Source of the DNA: Octopus vulgaris
Lineage: Eukaryota
NCBI GenBank assembly: GCA_951406725.2
Contig: OX597832.1
Location: 60,512,001 to 60,576,000, forward strand
Length of the DNA stretch: 64,000 nt
Reading direction: 5' to 3'
Each line of letters opens with the position of its first letter. Position 1 is the stretch's first letter. A program made the position numbers and the translations under genes. Shown piece after piece: positions 40,801 to 55,550 of this stretch. Under the pieces are notes generated by a model. It did not search any database. It saw only the letters and a list, made by a program, of their open reading frames with translations, and had not been told where the DNA came from.

Positions 40801-41397
40801 GACCCTAACATGAATTGGAAAGCTGATAACGGAGATTATTCATGCAATCTGTAGACAAAAGCTTCCTCTAGGGGAATGTTTATATAATAGAAAAGGAAGG
40901 TGAAAAAAACAAAAACACGGAAGGTGGCTCTGATAAAATATCTCAGACTGCTACATTGTGAATTCAAACACTGACAAGGCTAATTTCACCCTTCAATTGC
41001 TCTACTGTTGATAAATTGCATGTATTAAAAACCAGTAATAAAGTGGGTCAAAATAATTAGCTAGATATCTCCCACCACAACTACACTTTTAGTTAAAAAA
41101 AAACAAAACAATGTGTCCTTGTACCTACTGAAAAACCATTATCTTTGCTCTTGTTGCTGTGATGTGTAGACTATCATACATACACAATACTAGATACACA
41201 AATATACACCTATCTACTTTTCACAGCAGAGCTTGTAATCTTAATTTCCCATTAAAAGCTCTGATGTTATCACCATGTGATGTGTATACACACACACAAA
41301 TACATGTGTATGTGTGTATATATATATATATACACACACACACACAAATACATATAGATATAGATATATACATACATATAAACGAATTATATATCTA

Positions 41398-41440
<43 letters not shown>

Positions 41441-43016
41441 CACACACACACATATACGAATATCTATGCATACACATATGTGAATGCATGCACAGAGATG
41501 TACACACACACACATATGTACTCATACACACAGATATACATATATGTGTGTGTGTACACACACCAATCCACATACATACATGTTTGTTTATTTATTGTGA
41601 AGAGACAAGATATGAAGTTTTACCTGAGCCAAGTCCCAGATAATTTCTATTCTATCTCATTTTCATTGCTTTTATCAAACTAAACATTTCTGCCTTCCTT
41701 TCATTCTTCCTTTTCGAAGATAAAATGAAAAATCTTAAATTAACAAATGCAAACTGACTGTGTGCAGTGCGTTAAGGTTACTATAGATGATCTAATGATA
41801 GTATTTGTATTCGTAAGAGTAACAGTAGTGTTGTTGACGCTGATGATTTTTTTGTTTCAACAAGAGACATATTGATTTAAAAAAGAGAAAAAAACCTTCC
41901 AGTTATGACCACCTCACCATATATTTCTCTTCCAGTCACACAAGAAGTAAACTACATTATCAGCTGTGTGCATGTGTGTGTGTATTAAGATAGTTGGTTG
42001 TGATCTTAGTAAAATTAGGCAGTTATTTCTAGCAAATGAAATGATTACTAGAGTCTGTAGCACGTTAACTCAATGTTGTTGTTGTTGCTTAGCTCCAGGT
42101 CAGACCTCACTGAACATTCTAACATTCCGGCCATAATCATCTTGTCTTTTTCACTTGAGCAAGGAACCCAGGACCGGATGATCTAATGTGTCCCCTTCAA
42201 GATGGTAATTTGTTATCTGTGGGAAATTTGGCTGCTATCTCTAACAAGTCAAGAAACCACATAAAGGCAGCCTCTTTGGCTGGTAATCATGATCGTTGTG
42301 GACTTGGAGTTTGTGGCATTTGCGATGTTAATAAAAGTAGAGGTGATGGTGGTTTTAAAGGTTAGTAATGATATCATTACAGGTGGGTGGGTGGCAATGG
42401 TAATAGTAGTAGTAGTTGTGATGGACTTGTGGCCAGATGGTGGTGTAACAGTTGCAGTGTTAGAGATTCAGGTTCAGTTCCGCTTTGCAGTACATTAGTT
42501 GAATGTTTTTTATCGAGGTCCTGAGCAGACCAATGCCTTATGAATAAATATCAGAGACAAAAACTGTAAGATGCCCACTATATATATAGTTAGATATTTA
42601 TCTGTTTATTCTGGATGTTCTTCTAGTACATTTAGAACAAAGATGGTAAATTTTCTTCACAATAATTCTATTTTTGCAGTCACATGATTTAATATAGTCT
42701 TAAATTTATGTTCAAATCTAATGATACACTGAGACAATAAGTGAGGTCAAAGTTGTATTGTGTACAAATAGCCTTTTAGAAATAGCCTTTGTGTGTTTAT
42801 TCTTGAGTAATACTTATACCAGAGTAGTTTGTTCAGTATGGCAGCACAGCATACACATGAATGAGAAAGAGAGAGAGATCACCAGCCATAAACATGCATC
42901 ATGAACTAATCAAACCGAATGGTAGCAAAACACATTGCATACATGCAAGCACACAAGAACACAATCAATGATAACCATGAAATATTATAATGTAAGCCTC
43001 AAATCTCCATAAATGT

Positions 43017-43068
<52 letters not shown>

Positions 43069-44019
43069 GTGAATATAAAAAGGAGATAAGAGCAAATTCT
43101 ATGATTGGTCTCAATGAGGAAGAGATTTTGCGAAATATTACAACAATTATATTACCAACAAATTATCATCATCATCATCCAGTGTTTTAAATCAGAGTTT
43201 TGTCCCTGTTAACAGGGGTGGTTGGATCTACCCCAATGCCATAGCAATTACCCTCACACCATCTCATCTTGCCCAGTTTTGGGCGCCCTCCTTTTTCAAA
43301 CCAACCCTCCCAATCTCCTCCACCTTTTCCTTGGTCTACCTCGCTTTTGCACTCCATTTACCTCAAATGCAATCACCCTCCTCTAAACATGTTCTTCATT
43401 CCTCCATACATCATATCTAAGGCTTGGCCTAAGAGCACATGTTTTTGAAGGACACAGCATATGTATAGTTTTAGCTGTCTATTATAATTCTATTGACATC
43501 AAGGATATTTATTAGACAAGTACTAAATCAACTGCAGTTGATTTGGTTCATCACAATGAAAGAATGGAAAACGAAGTGGATCTTGACAGTATTTCAAGTC
43601 AGAATGTAAAATTCTGGAACTAAATATTGCAGACAATCTGCCCTATACTGTAACAATGTAGTCAATTCCTCACCTAATGACTTAATCAACATCAGTATTT
43701 GAAATAAACCCTAGGGGTAGGATGTTGCCCCATCACCCAATTTCAGATTAATGAAAATTCAGTTAGGTCAGTTGTAAAAATGAGGCAGTGTGTGTATGTG
43801 TGTGTACGTGTACACACACTTTGGATGATTGATGTTGTTGTTTAGCCCCCAGGTCAACATTAATCAAAGAGATTTATGATTAAAGGCATTCCAGCCATGA
43901 CTAATCCATCTTTTTATGTATATCTAGATCGAAATTGTACAAAGTTATCGTTGCTGAGAGGTGGTCATAGTTGTTATCTTTTAGCCATGGATCAACCCTA
44001 TCAAAGCCATTCTAACCAT

Positions 44020-45120
44020 GACCATCAACAGCTACTGTAGCCGACTACCACCATAGCAAAAGCAATCACAATTACAACAAAAACTACTGTAACAACAAAA
44101 GCAACCCCTAGAGCTGTTGCTGTCAATATAACCACTGCCACAATAATCCTGCCACAACAATAAAAACAACAGCTACTCTGGCCACAATAACTGCAAAAAT
44201 ATCTACCACATACCCTGATAAACAAGCCAGCAATTACTATAGATACCCCACCAGTACCACCACACTGCCTAAACAATCACAGCTACTGCCACAATCATCT
44301 ACTACAAATATCACCACCACTACTATCACTACAGCCACAATCTACCATCGATAGAACCACCCAGTCATCATCACTATGAACATCACCACCAAAACAACTA
44401 CAGCTGCCATCACCATTACCACCACCACCACCATTACCACAAGCCATCATCACTATGAAAACCACCACTAAAACAACTAGAGCTACCACCACCACCAATG
44501 CAAACAACTACAGCTATTACCACCACAATCACAATTATCAACACCACCACCACTATCACCACTACAACCACCACTGGCAGCCATCAGAGCAGCAAAAACC
44601 AATTTCCTGAATAGTTATTATTGTCAATGTTAGGTGGACAGATTATGTAATTTGACTCATCTCATGTAATATATTGCTGCTGTGGTGGTGGTGGTGGTGC
44701 ATGGTGCAGTGGTGGATATAGCGTTGTAGTGGTGGATGCAATGATGTAGTGATGGTGGTATGATATAAAGTACGGTGTGTGGTGTAACATTGTATTGGTG
44801 GGGGTGTATGGCGTAGTAGTGACGGGAGTGTTATGGTGGTGCAGTGCATGGCTGTAGTAATGGTGTAGTTGAAGCAGTTGTGGTAGTAGTATTTGCTGTT
44901 GTGAATTGTACAGTGGTAGTAGCATAAAAAAAAGGGATGGGTTGTAGTGACGGAGGTGGTGTAGTAATCATCGGAGAGTAAAGGTGATGGTGCAGTGTAT
45001 AGTATGGAGTGATGGAGGAGTTATACCATGGTATGGTGATGTAGTGACTGTGGCCATGGTGGAGCAATGGCCCGGATAATGTGGTGATGAACTGATACTG
45101 GCTGTGAAGTGGCCATGGTA
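44020..45120. repeat. ACC-rich tract followed by GGT-rich tract
   Basis: 44020-44590 is (ACC/ACA)-rich; 44680-45120 is (GGT/TGG)-rich. Confidence 0.75.
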
Positions 45121-46269
45121 GTGTATAATGTGAGGAGGTGGGGAAAATCAGCTGCTACTAGCAAGACCAGTAACTGGTGAGAGGGTCCCACAATGGCCTA
45201 GATGGGACAAGTATGGCCCAGGATGAAAGAGTTGGGTCCAGATTAAAAAGAGCGAGTGGAGCAGGCCAATGTATGTCTGGAACCACAACTAATGAGAGTG
45301 TGGGAGGTGTAAAAGACATAATATATTAATAGCCATTGCCATGGATGGAAGGGCAAAAAAAGAAAAAAAACTGGGAAGAAGTAGTATAACAGACATTATT
45401 TAACTCTGGGTCAGCTTTGATTCATAATACCCTATGACCATATGAATATGTCAGCCACAAGCATGTTTTTTTTTTCTTTCTTTCACTAGTGACAATGATG
45501 ATGATGGTGGTGATGGTGATGAGTGATGACAATGGCAATATTGATGACTGAAGAGGAGAAACTGGTAGTGATGGTAGTGGTGGTGGAACTGTGGGAGAAG
45601 GATTGTAGTAGAAGTGGTTAGAAAAAGGAGGAGGAGCAATTCAAGGAAGTGAGTAGTGTTGATAGCCATGACAGTAGTAGTAGTAGCAATAGCATTACTA
45701 ATAGTGGTAGTAATAGTAGTGGTAATAGCAACGGCAGCAATGAGGATAGCAACAGTTACAAACATCCAGTATTCCTCTCTAGTCAAACAACCACCCATAT
45801 ATCCAAACCTTCCCTGTTCAAAAAACCTTTTGTCCAAGAGGTAACAATAAGGTGGGGCAAGGAGAGCTAAAAAAAGGAACTGGTACAGTATTTTTTTTTC
45901 TCTCTCTATGTTCCTGCAATCCCATCCATATCCTCACCCTAGGTACTTCCTAAGTAGATTTTGTTTTAGCCTATCTTCCATATATCCTATGCCTGTACTT
46001 CTTTTTTCCAATACTGGAACATTCACAGAACATTCCAAAGTAAAGAAGGTGATAGGGAAAGGGAGAATATAAACAGCAGAGCAAAGGGTGAGAGATGAAA
46101 AGTGAGAGGGGACCCCACCCCATGTCAAATTAAGAGGATACGTAAAGAAGAGAGAGAATAGAAGTTGTGAAAGAGAAAGTGAATTGGTAAAATTTTTACA
46201 TTAATTATAAGAATCCAACATCTGCAATGCAGGGAGAGTATATATGTATGTCTATATGTGTGTGAGTAG

Positions 46270-46320
<51 letters not shown>

Positions 46321-46569
46321 CACACTATTGAAAGATAAACAGGGTCTGTAGAGCAACACTACAAAACCAATGTTAAGTTCACCACATATTGCTTCATAAA
46401 TTACAAAAAATGATTACAACTGTATTGGAAATTAAACGTGTGTGTTAAAGTGGCTCCAGCATGAGTGTGTTCATGTGGCACTGCCATGGGTACTAAACAA
46501 GAACTTAGCTGACAGAGGAAGTGGAGGACTTGGCTGTAAAGGACATACATGCCTGTATGTATGAATGGA

Positions 46570-47255
46570 TGGCCACGATTTTATTTAGCTCAATGAGTCT
46601 TCTCAAGTACAGCAAGTCGCTAGAAATCTATGCCCCTTGTCATCTCTGTGAAGCCCAATGACTGAAGATCCTTTTTCACCACTTTATCCCATGTGTTAGT
46701 GTCTACCCCTTCCACAGATTCCCTCCACAATTAGAGATTGGTGCATATTTATGCAGCTGTCCTCATCCATACACATAGCACAGTCCTCTCTCTCACAAAT
46801 GATGCCTCTTATACCCAATTTTTCTCTTAAATCCATTACACTGTTGTACATGCACACTGACATCACCCCTCCAGCAGAGTATGCTGACTTCATTTCTTTA
46901 AAGCCTTTGCATACCCTCTGTAGTCATAGCCCCATGTTACATTGCTATGTGGCATAACTGTATGTACACAAGCATATCATACAATCTTTTTTCACTCTTA
47001 GGGTGAGAACCTTTGTTACCAGCAAAGGTAGTAGCTCTCTGAACTTTGTCAAGTCTGTTCTTACTCTAGTAACTATGGTTTCAGAATTTCCTCCTTCACT
47101 GCTAATTTGGCTGCCTAGGTAACAGAAGCTCTCTGGTACTTCTGAGGATTCTCCTGGACATCCGAGGAAGCTTATTCTTTGTACATCTGCTACACACAAA
47201 GACTACTTTCTCTGTAAACCTTCCCATGATACTGCTGCACTTCTTATGTGTCCTA
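46570..47255 (-). mobile_element. RTE-clade LINE RT/C-terminal fragment
   Basis: EVPESFCYLGSQISSEGG...FRELLPLL and DLREKLGIRGI motifs, with frameshifts. Confidence 0.8.
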
Positions 47256-48356
47256 AGCTCATTTTATCATATGCTTCAAGTAAAACATCTCTAAATCTCT
47301 GACTATTCAGAGGATCCTTAAGCTTCCAATTCACAGAATTGCAACGTTCTTGAAACTCTTTCCAAGCTTGTATTTTTACCTCTCAGATATATAATATCAG
47401 AAAATGGAAGTTTGAGCCAAACCTAAATTGAAATACAGTTTACTTGTCTGAGATACAGACATGGCACTGCCAATTCAGTCTAGAGTATAATAAAATCTAA
47501 ATGAAGGCAAAATACAATACGAAAATCACATAAAATAGCCAGAAATAAGATGTCCAAACCAATGATCTGAAATGAATTGCAACATGCTAGTGTTGATTGA
47601 CGACCAGTTCATTACTGAAGCATGAATACTGCTTCCAAATATTTAGGGCTTAAATCAAAACACCTCTGACCCACCCACTATTTTCAAATATAGCAGGGAG
47701 TTAGTTTAGTAAGGGAGATTTCACAAGTAAATTGAGCAGGTAGTTGAAGGGATAAAGCAGGTGGCAGAGCTCTTGTTTTACAATGAAAAGATATTCTATG
47801 TCAAAACAGGAGACTGACAAACATGGACATTAGATGGATAAACAATTTGATAGGCAGGTAGATAAATAGACAGATAGATACATACAGAGACACATACATA
47901 CATACAGTCAGACATAAATAGATAGATCAGTAGATATATTTGTAGATAGATGGATGTATAGAGAGGTAGACAAAGAGATGGAGAGATTAGAAGATAGACA
48001 GAGAAAGAGATCAAGTAGCAGGTAGATCGAACAATTGGTAGATACATAAGTAAAATAGACAGGCAGATTACACAAATTTGCCAGACAGACAAGGAACAAA
48101 AAAAAAACACAGAAAACAATTGTTGAGCAAGTCATCAGCCTTCCACCAAAAGCTTGAGAGAAATCCTTGTTTGATGTAGTGAATATAGCATGCATGCACA
48201 AGTAAAAAAAAAAAAAAAAGACAATTAAAAATCAGAAAAAATAACAGGCTTAGCATTAAAAAAAAAAACAAACAAAAAATATACAGACATAGCAAAGCAA
48301 CATTTGAGGATTAGAATATTAATAATGTACGCACATGTGTAAGTTTGTGTGTGTAT

Positions 48357-48401
<45 letters not shown>

Positions 48402-48722
48402 CATACATACATACATACACACACATACATACACACATAAACATTGTGTTAATATATATTGTGAATTTGTAAATCTATTTAGATATAAATATACATATCA
48501 TGCATGTGACATACACACATACATATACTAATTGTGCACTATGCTTGCCTGATATTGTGTGTGTATGTGTTGCGAATAGGTGCATGTGTGTATGAGTAAG
48601 GGTGTCTCTAGGGGTGTGCACGTGTTGTCTGTCTATGCTCTTATATATATATGTATATATAAATACATACACGTGCACACAAATATGCAAACATGCGAAT
48701 TTTTACATATGTGTGCATATAA

Positions 48723-48865
48723 TACATATACAAAAAGGTTCAACCTACACAGAATAGAAATGATATCAAGAATTAAAAGAGTGGAAAAAAAGTAACTTTC
48801 CTTCAAACCCTTTAATTCTTGATATCATTCCTATTGTGTAATTGGACCTGTTGTACATATATGTA
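48723..48865. repeat. Imperfect inverted repeat (~65-bp arms)
   Basis: AATGATATCAAGAATTAAA / TTTAATTCTTGATATCATT perfect 19-bp core with flanking pairing. Confidence 0.85.
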
Positions 48866-49191
48866 TGTATGTATATATAAAAGTGAACTTTAGGTTAGTT
48901 TCAAATATGTTTGTGACATATATAGACAGATACATACATACACATTTCGAGTGTGTGTGTGCATCTTGTGTGTTTTTGTGCATGTCAGAATATGTATTAT
49001 GTTTCTAAAATGAATATAAACTTCAGTTTTGTTACTTTAATGTGTTCTCTTTCACATTATTTGTTGTTGTTATTATTGTTGTTCTCCATTGTTGAAATAG
49101 TAGTAATATAGTAGTAGCTGTTTGTTGTTGGTCCTTATCATTTTCTTAGCAGAGATTGAAAGTAAGTAAAAGAATGTGGTTTAACACTAAC

Positions 49192-49248
49192 CAAAACAGG
49201 GAATTGTCCGGGGATTACGGTGGGGTACGCCACTGCCTTACCGCTGGC
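49192..49248 (-). CDS. mbl: Muscleblind short linker exon (ASGKAVAYPTVIPGQFPVL); acceptor position uncertain
   Basis: GC-rich island with donor TTG|GTTAGT, branch-like TACTAAT (49293-49287) and pyrimidine tract; phase 0 to the next exon. TVIPGQFPVL|APPY recalls Drosophila Mbl PVISGQVPAVATNPY (from memory). Confidence 0.7.
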
Positions 49249-49839
49249 CTCATACATCAAAATAAAAAGAAGAGACATGCAAACCAATTAGTACAAGGTG
49301 TTGGTGCTAGGAGAGCAGAGAAGAGGGGGTGGTAGGATGAGGGATATGTGGAAGAAACAAATAAGTGGACAAAGAGGAAAGCAGGAATTGGCCAGGAAGA
49401 CAGAGAGAGAGAGAGAGAGAGGAAGAGAGAATGCATACATGTGTATGTGTGTGTGAGAAAGAGCAAGGCAAAGTGAAATAATAAGTAGAAAGATGTGTGT
49501 ATGCATACATATATATATAGGTGTCAAAACCATAGTGATATTTGTGAGGCAGCTGATGATGGAGGTATGTTGGATTGTTGGTATGGCTCTTATTGTATAT
49601 GCGGAATAGTTTTATAACACATCCATTTGATATATATATATACATATATATGGAGTTTGGTGATACAAACAGAAAGAGTAGAACTCTAATCATGAGTGTA
49701 TTTCCTTATTAATAATCGGCAGACATTACAGAGTGACTCAAGGGTCGAGAGTTTTGTGCATTGCCCAATTATTAAATGTTTGTCAAGTGCCAATGTATGA
49801 AACTCTCGGCCCTAAAGTGAGTGTCTGACTTCTGCTGAT

Positions 49840-49885
<46 letters not shown>

Positions 49886-52800
49886 TAAACTTGCATCCAC
49901 TCTCAGATGGAGAATGAGGCAGAACATTTTAAATAGTATGTGTGCGAATGTAAAAGGAGAGAAGAGGACAAGGAAAAGGAGAGGGAGGGAGAGAGAGAGA
50001 GAGAAAGATGTTAGAAAAAAAAAGAGAAAAGAGCTGAGGCAGAAGTTAAAGGAGGCATGGTTGTGTAACAAACAAATTTTAAAAAATAAACAGGCCAAAA
50101 TGCTCCAGAAGGGCAGGAAATTTTTTTAAAAATCAAGTGCACATGGTTAGATAGCATTGAGTACATAACAAGTAGTATGGAAAAAAAGGTAAACAACAAA
50201 CATACAAACAAAAATGGTGATGAAAATATTTATACTAAATATATTAGCTAATTGTAAAAAAAAACATTGACATACATTATAAAGCTAAAGCCATTGGTAC
50301 ACTACATCTGCTATACACATTTCTCTATATACATACATTTACACATACACACACACACATGCTGATATATACACACACATATTGCATGGTGGTTTCACAT
50401 GGCGTGAATTGCAATGAAGCGATAAAAGTACTCAATACTGTTAGATGATGTGGAATAACATTATTCAAAGCTGAGTCTGCGTGAGTGACTTGGAGTATCT
50501 CATCCCCATCTTCAGGCAACATCTATTTGTATGCATGTATGTGTTTGATTATGTATGACCATGTGTGTGTGTTAAAGAAATTTTGTACGAATGCAAAGTT
50601 TTATTATATATGCTTATGCATGACAGTGTGGATGTCTCTGTTGTGTGTTGGCAAGGACTACCAATTTTAAAGTAAAAGGCTCATGTATTGTAACAAAACT
50701 CAATGATACCCTCCCAACTTTCCTCTGACACTAACAAAGATGTGTAGTAGTTGTTGTCGTAATTATCCAATTGAGCATTTGATGGGGTGTACAAGATATT
50801 TAGGTATGGCATTTTTCAATTCCTTGAAACCAAAAAGAAAAAAAAACATATATATACCCCTCTCCTCAACACACATTTTCATTACAAGCGCTACACAATA
50901 ACTACAAGTGTGATGTATGTAAAAACGGACTTTATACGAGAATAACAAAAATGGTAACATTAAAAAAGAAAACATCATGCATATATAGATTTGTATACAT
51001 TTCGATACCTTTTCATACATATACGTAGACACACACATATACATACATATATAAACAAATAAAATCATTACGTGAGGAATTAATAATTGGAAATAGAAAT
51101 GAAAACATATGAGTGTGAATTGGAAGAGAAAGTGAGAGTGAGAGAAATGTTGGTGACTCAGTGTAAAATGGCAAAAGAGAAGAAAAAAAATAGGGATATT
51201 TTTGAAAAAAAAAAAAAAAAAAAAGCAAACACATTAAATAAGAAAAATATTAAAAACAACACCAACAGTAAACTTCGAACAGAGTTGGGCATGAAATGCA
51301 AGTACGAATTCTTTAACAACAATTAAATAACAAAACAAAACGGGGGGGAGAAAAAAAAAACATTGGCATGTTTGTGTGGAGTAGAATTCAGAGTTCGGAA
51401 ACATTGATTAATATAACAGATGACAAAAGAAAGATTGGAGAGAAAAACAAAACGAAAAAAAAAAAAAGAAACAGAACCAGTTGGGGGGGGGTAGAGGGTT
51501 CAATTTGAGGAGAACAATCATTTCTAATTTAGAAAACCAGAGGGTAAATTTGGGGTTGTTGGGTCATATAGTTATTAGATAGACTGTTTGTCATTCACTC
51601 CACTTCTTGACTGGATAATGATAGGTAAAAATTAACCTGCATCATCCACTGACTGATTTGAACTTGCAACATATAAATGAAATATTACACACTAATTTTT
51701 TCTCTGCCCACCAACTTCCCCTATTTTATTTTGTACAATTTATTTTCTCATCACATGCAGAGAGGGTGGTTTGAACCAGCTAAATCATATAAATTATTGA
51801 ATAAGCTCTAAGTGTATGTGTGTGCGTATATATATATATATATATATATAGACAATTTTTTATTAACAAGTCGAGAATATATATTTAGAATTACTTAATC
51901 ATTATATACACCCACTGTAATAAGTCATACACTGATACACAATCATGTAATAAAAAACGTCTGATAAGGACATTAAATGGAACACAAACGGAAATAAAAA
52001 CATGTGTAAAGACACAAGCGCACACAAATATAAAATCTAAATACTTAATAAGGAGGAATATAATAATTTCAAAGAAATTAGCTAAACTTATATGGGTATT
52101 ATATATAACTGGCATAAGCATAGCTATGTAATGAATAATTTCAAGCTAGAACTATATGGTTGAAGATTCAGTGCCACTGTATGTAAGCTTGTGGCTGATA
52201 TCCTCTACGGTAATAGTCTGTTGAGCAATACCTTGTGAGAGAAGTCTGGTAGGCAGGAACTATGTGGGAACGTAGTGAATGTGTGTGTGTGTATGCATGT
52301 GTGTGAGATGGAGTGTGTCTTCCCCAGCTCTTGGCATGCAAACACTGACTGCAAAAAATTAGAAAATATTTTAAAAATCACCATTGATACAAATGGTGTC
52401 ATTTGTCTGCAATCCTTCATGACAGCATGTTGAGGCAGTCTGCCCTACAATGGGCACGTGGAAATATTATCTTGTCTAGATTCAGGTGAGGGTCATAGAA
52501 AAGTATGACCATGCAAACTTGGAGAAGTTCTCATTAGAACAATGCCCACTGCTGCTGATTATGATATAATGAGAACCATTAAAAAGAATAACGGATAAAA
52601 TTACCTTGTTTTTCTTTTTTTTTTGTGGAAGAGATGATGATAAATATGAAGTTAATAATGATTAATTCTTTTTGTCTGGCAGAATATTTATCCTTGCTAG
52701 AATGTAAGTATAATTTATGCATGAAAAAATTATTAAAATAAAAGGTTAGTGGCAAAATTGTTAGAGTGTTGTTAAAGTGCACAAAAATAATTTTTCCAGC

Positions 52801-52932
52801 TCTTCCAACTGAGCATTAACCCTACAAAAATCAACTTTGCCTTTTGTTCTTCCAAATCCAGTTTTGCTTTCCATGAATCTGAGGATCAATCTTAACAACA
52901 AATCCCCTCTTACTGAACTTTGAGCATCATAC

Positions 52933-53135
52933 CTTTTTCAGTCATTTGACTGTGGCCATGCTGGAGCACCACCTTTTATTCAAACAAATTGACCCCAGGA
53001 CTTATTCTTTGTAAGCCTAGTGGTTATTCAATTGGTCTCTTTCACCAAACCACTAAGTTACTGGGAGAAAAACATACCAACATTGGTTGTCAAGAGATGG
53101 TGGAGGTGGGGCAAACACAGACACAAATACATACA

Positions 53136-53166
<31 letters not shown>

Positions 53167-53326
53167 GACGAGCTTCTTTCCATTTTCGTCTACCATATCC
53201 ACTCACAAGGCTTTGATTGGCCCAACACAATAGTAGAAGACAATTGCCCAAGGTGCCACGCAATGGACTGAACCCAGAACCATATGGTTGGGAAGCAAGC
53301 TTCTTACCACAGAACCACCCCGGCAC
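52933..53326 (-). mobile_element. tRNA-derived SINE (second family)
   Basis: TTTCAGTCATTTGACTGTGGCCATGCTGG...TTGCCCAAGGTGCCACGCAATGGACTGAACCC; reverse complement of the 37529 family. Confidence 0.75.
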
Positions 53327-55510
53327 CTTTGTTAGGAATTATTTTATATCAGTGTCCTGAGGTCACTGAGTGCCCTCTTTGAAAAGCATTTAGTGTTATA
53401 GATGAAATAGTGAACTATTCAAAGGCAAAAATGACCTCCATGGAATTTGAACTCAGAATGTAAAGAGAATTTTGTCTAACGTTCTAACAAACTCTGCCAA
53501 TCCACTGCCTTTCAATGAAAATAATAATAATGTAAAGGCAACAAAACACTAATACCATATAAGGAGAAGGAGCATTTTGCAATCATTATGCTAATTATGT
53601 TAATTAGAAATCAAACAACAGCAACAACAACAGATAGAATCATAGTTGAAAACAGAACTTGGAACACTATTTTTTACTGGTAGAATTGATTATTTGTTAA
53701 TTATCGTCCAATTAATTCTTTGGCAAGAATTTGCCTTTGTGTCTGTGCATGTGTGTGTGCATGAAAGAGAGAGAGAGAGGGAGGGAGACAGGTGCAGTCA
53801 TTAAGAAGTTCGTTTTGCTACATTGTAGAAATGTGGCTAAATGTTTTCTACCATTCTACCACAGACTCGAACTGACTCAAGAACTTAGATATAAAATTGG
53901 GTTGATGGAAATTGTATGGGAAGGACATTCAAAAGCCTGTGACAGTGATACAAAAGGCCAACCCCAAAACTTGTTAATTCTCCAATATATGAGTATATCT
54001 CTATATTTCAATTTAATGGAAGCTTAGATTTCCAGAACCATTGATAATTTATTTAGTTGCCCAAGCTTACGAGACTTATGAGCAAAACTTTTGCAACCAT
54101 GACCATCCAACCTAAGACTATATGATTATTTCAAGGTGACAGGATATGACTTGAAAGGAATCTGACTACCAATCATAGCATCTCAAGAGACCATGAGAGG
54201 TTCACATGATGTGATTGGTAAGGGAAGTGAAGAGTTAGCCATGTAGCTCTCAGTCCTTCTTTCAGCTTGATATTTGTCAATCTCTATTTGCTGAATCACA
54301 AAGCTACAGGACATGAAGAGAGAACCATCATAAACAACAAAAATTGGCATGAACACACACACACACAGACAGCAATACAAACTGTTTAATTATAGAGAGG
54401 CTACATTGTGATACAACACTCTTTTGATCTGTAGCTTTCACATAGCTTCCATTGACCTAATTCCACTTGCATGGTACTGGTCAATTCGATGCCTCAGAAG
54501 AAGCACTTCTTCAAAGCGCCATGCAGTGGGTTCAAACCAGGAACCATGCAGTTAAGAAGTGAGCTTCTAAACCAAACAACCAAAACTATGCACACACACA
54601 CACACACACACAGACAAGTAAAAGTAGTGATGGAGAAGGAAGTGGAGTGCTGTATGCGATGGTGATGATGATGGCACTAGTGGTATGCATGTCTGCAAGC
54701 ATGCTTCCTGCAAGTCCATCAGGTGTTTTAATATAAGACATATTTAAATGGTGTGTTACATGTTTATGGCCCACTGTGTACTGACAAATATACACATTTA
54801 TAGATATATATGTACACACGAACATACATGTGTGTATATGTAGAGAGAGAGGGAGGGAGGGAGAGAGTGTAAATTAACTACAGCCCTACCCCCTTTCTAT
54901 ATCAAATACCAACATGTTAGGAATGTTATGTCTGGAGTAGGAAGAGATGGAAAAGAAATAAGGGGACACAAACACACCCAACTAGACATAACTTCACACA
55001 CACACACACATCTAAACTGACTCACAAACAGACAGGCAGTACAACTTTCTCCTATCTCAAAACTCCAAACGAATGGAAAAAAAGAGAGAGAGCTCAGAGA
55101 GAAAGGGTGTGGAGGAAGAGGGCAGTGAAAGGCGGGAGATGGGGTGCAAGAAAGGGAAGGTGGGGATTTTTTTTTTTTTTAAGGAAATTGTGAGCCATGT
55201 AGGTAATGAAGCATTACATCAACAGCAATAGCTGCTATCTCACTACCACCAGCACCACCACCATCAACAACAAAAACACAACAGCAAAGACAGTAAACTA
55301 TGTAGCATATTACCTATGGGCAATTTGGTTTGAAGTTAACATCCTCTATGTGTATTGTGTGTGTGTATATACATACCAATACACAGCATGTAAATATATA
55401 TGCTAATAAGTGTGTGTTTATATATATCCACATATGTATATATAAACACACATACACAAAGATGATGAGGTTATGTAATTTCAACCCAAATTGCCTATAG
55501 GTATTACACA

Positions 55511-55550
<40 letters not shown>

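Noticed and set aside
51255-51330. Possible exon NSYLHFMPNSVRSLLL
   Set aside because: Weak donor and no Mbl similarity.
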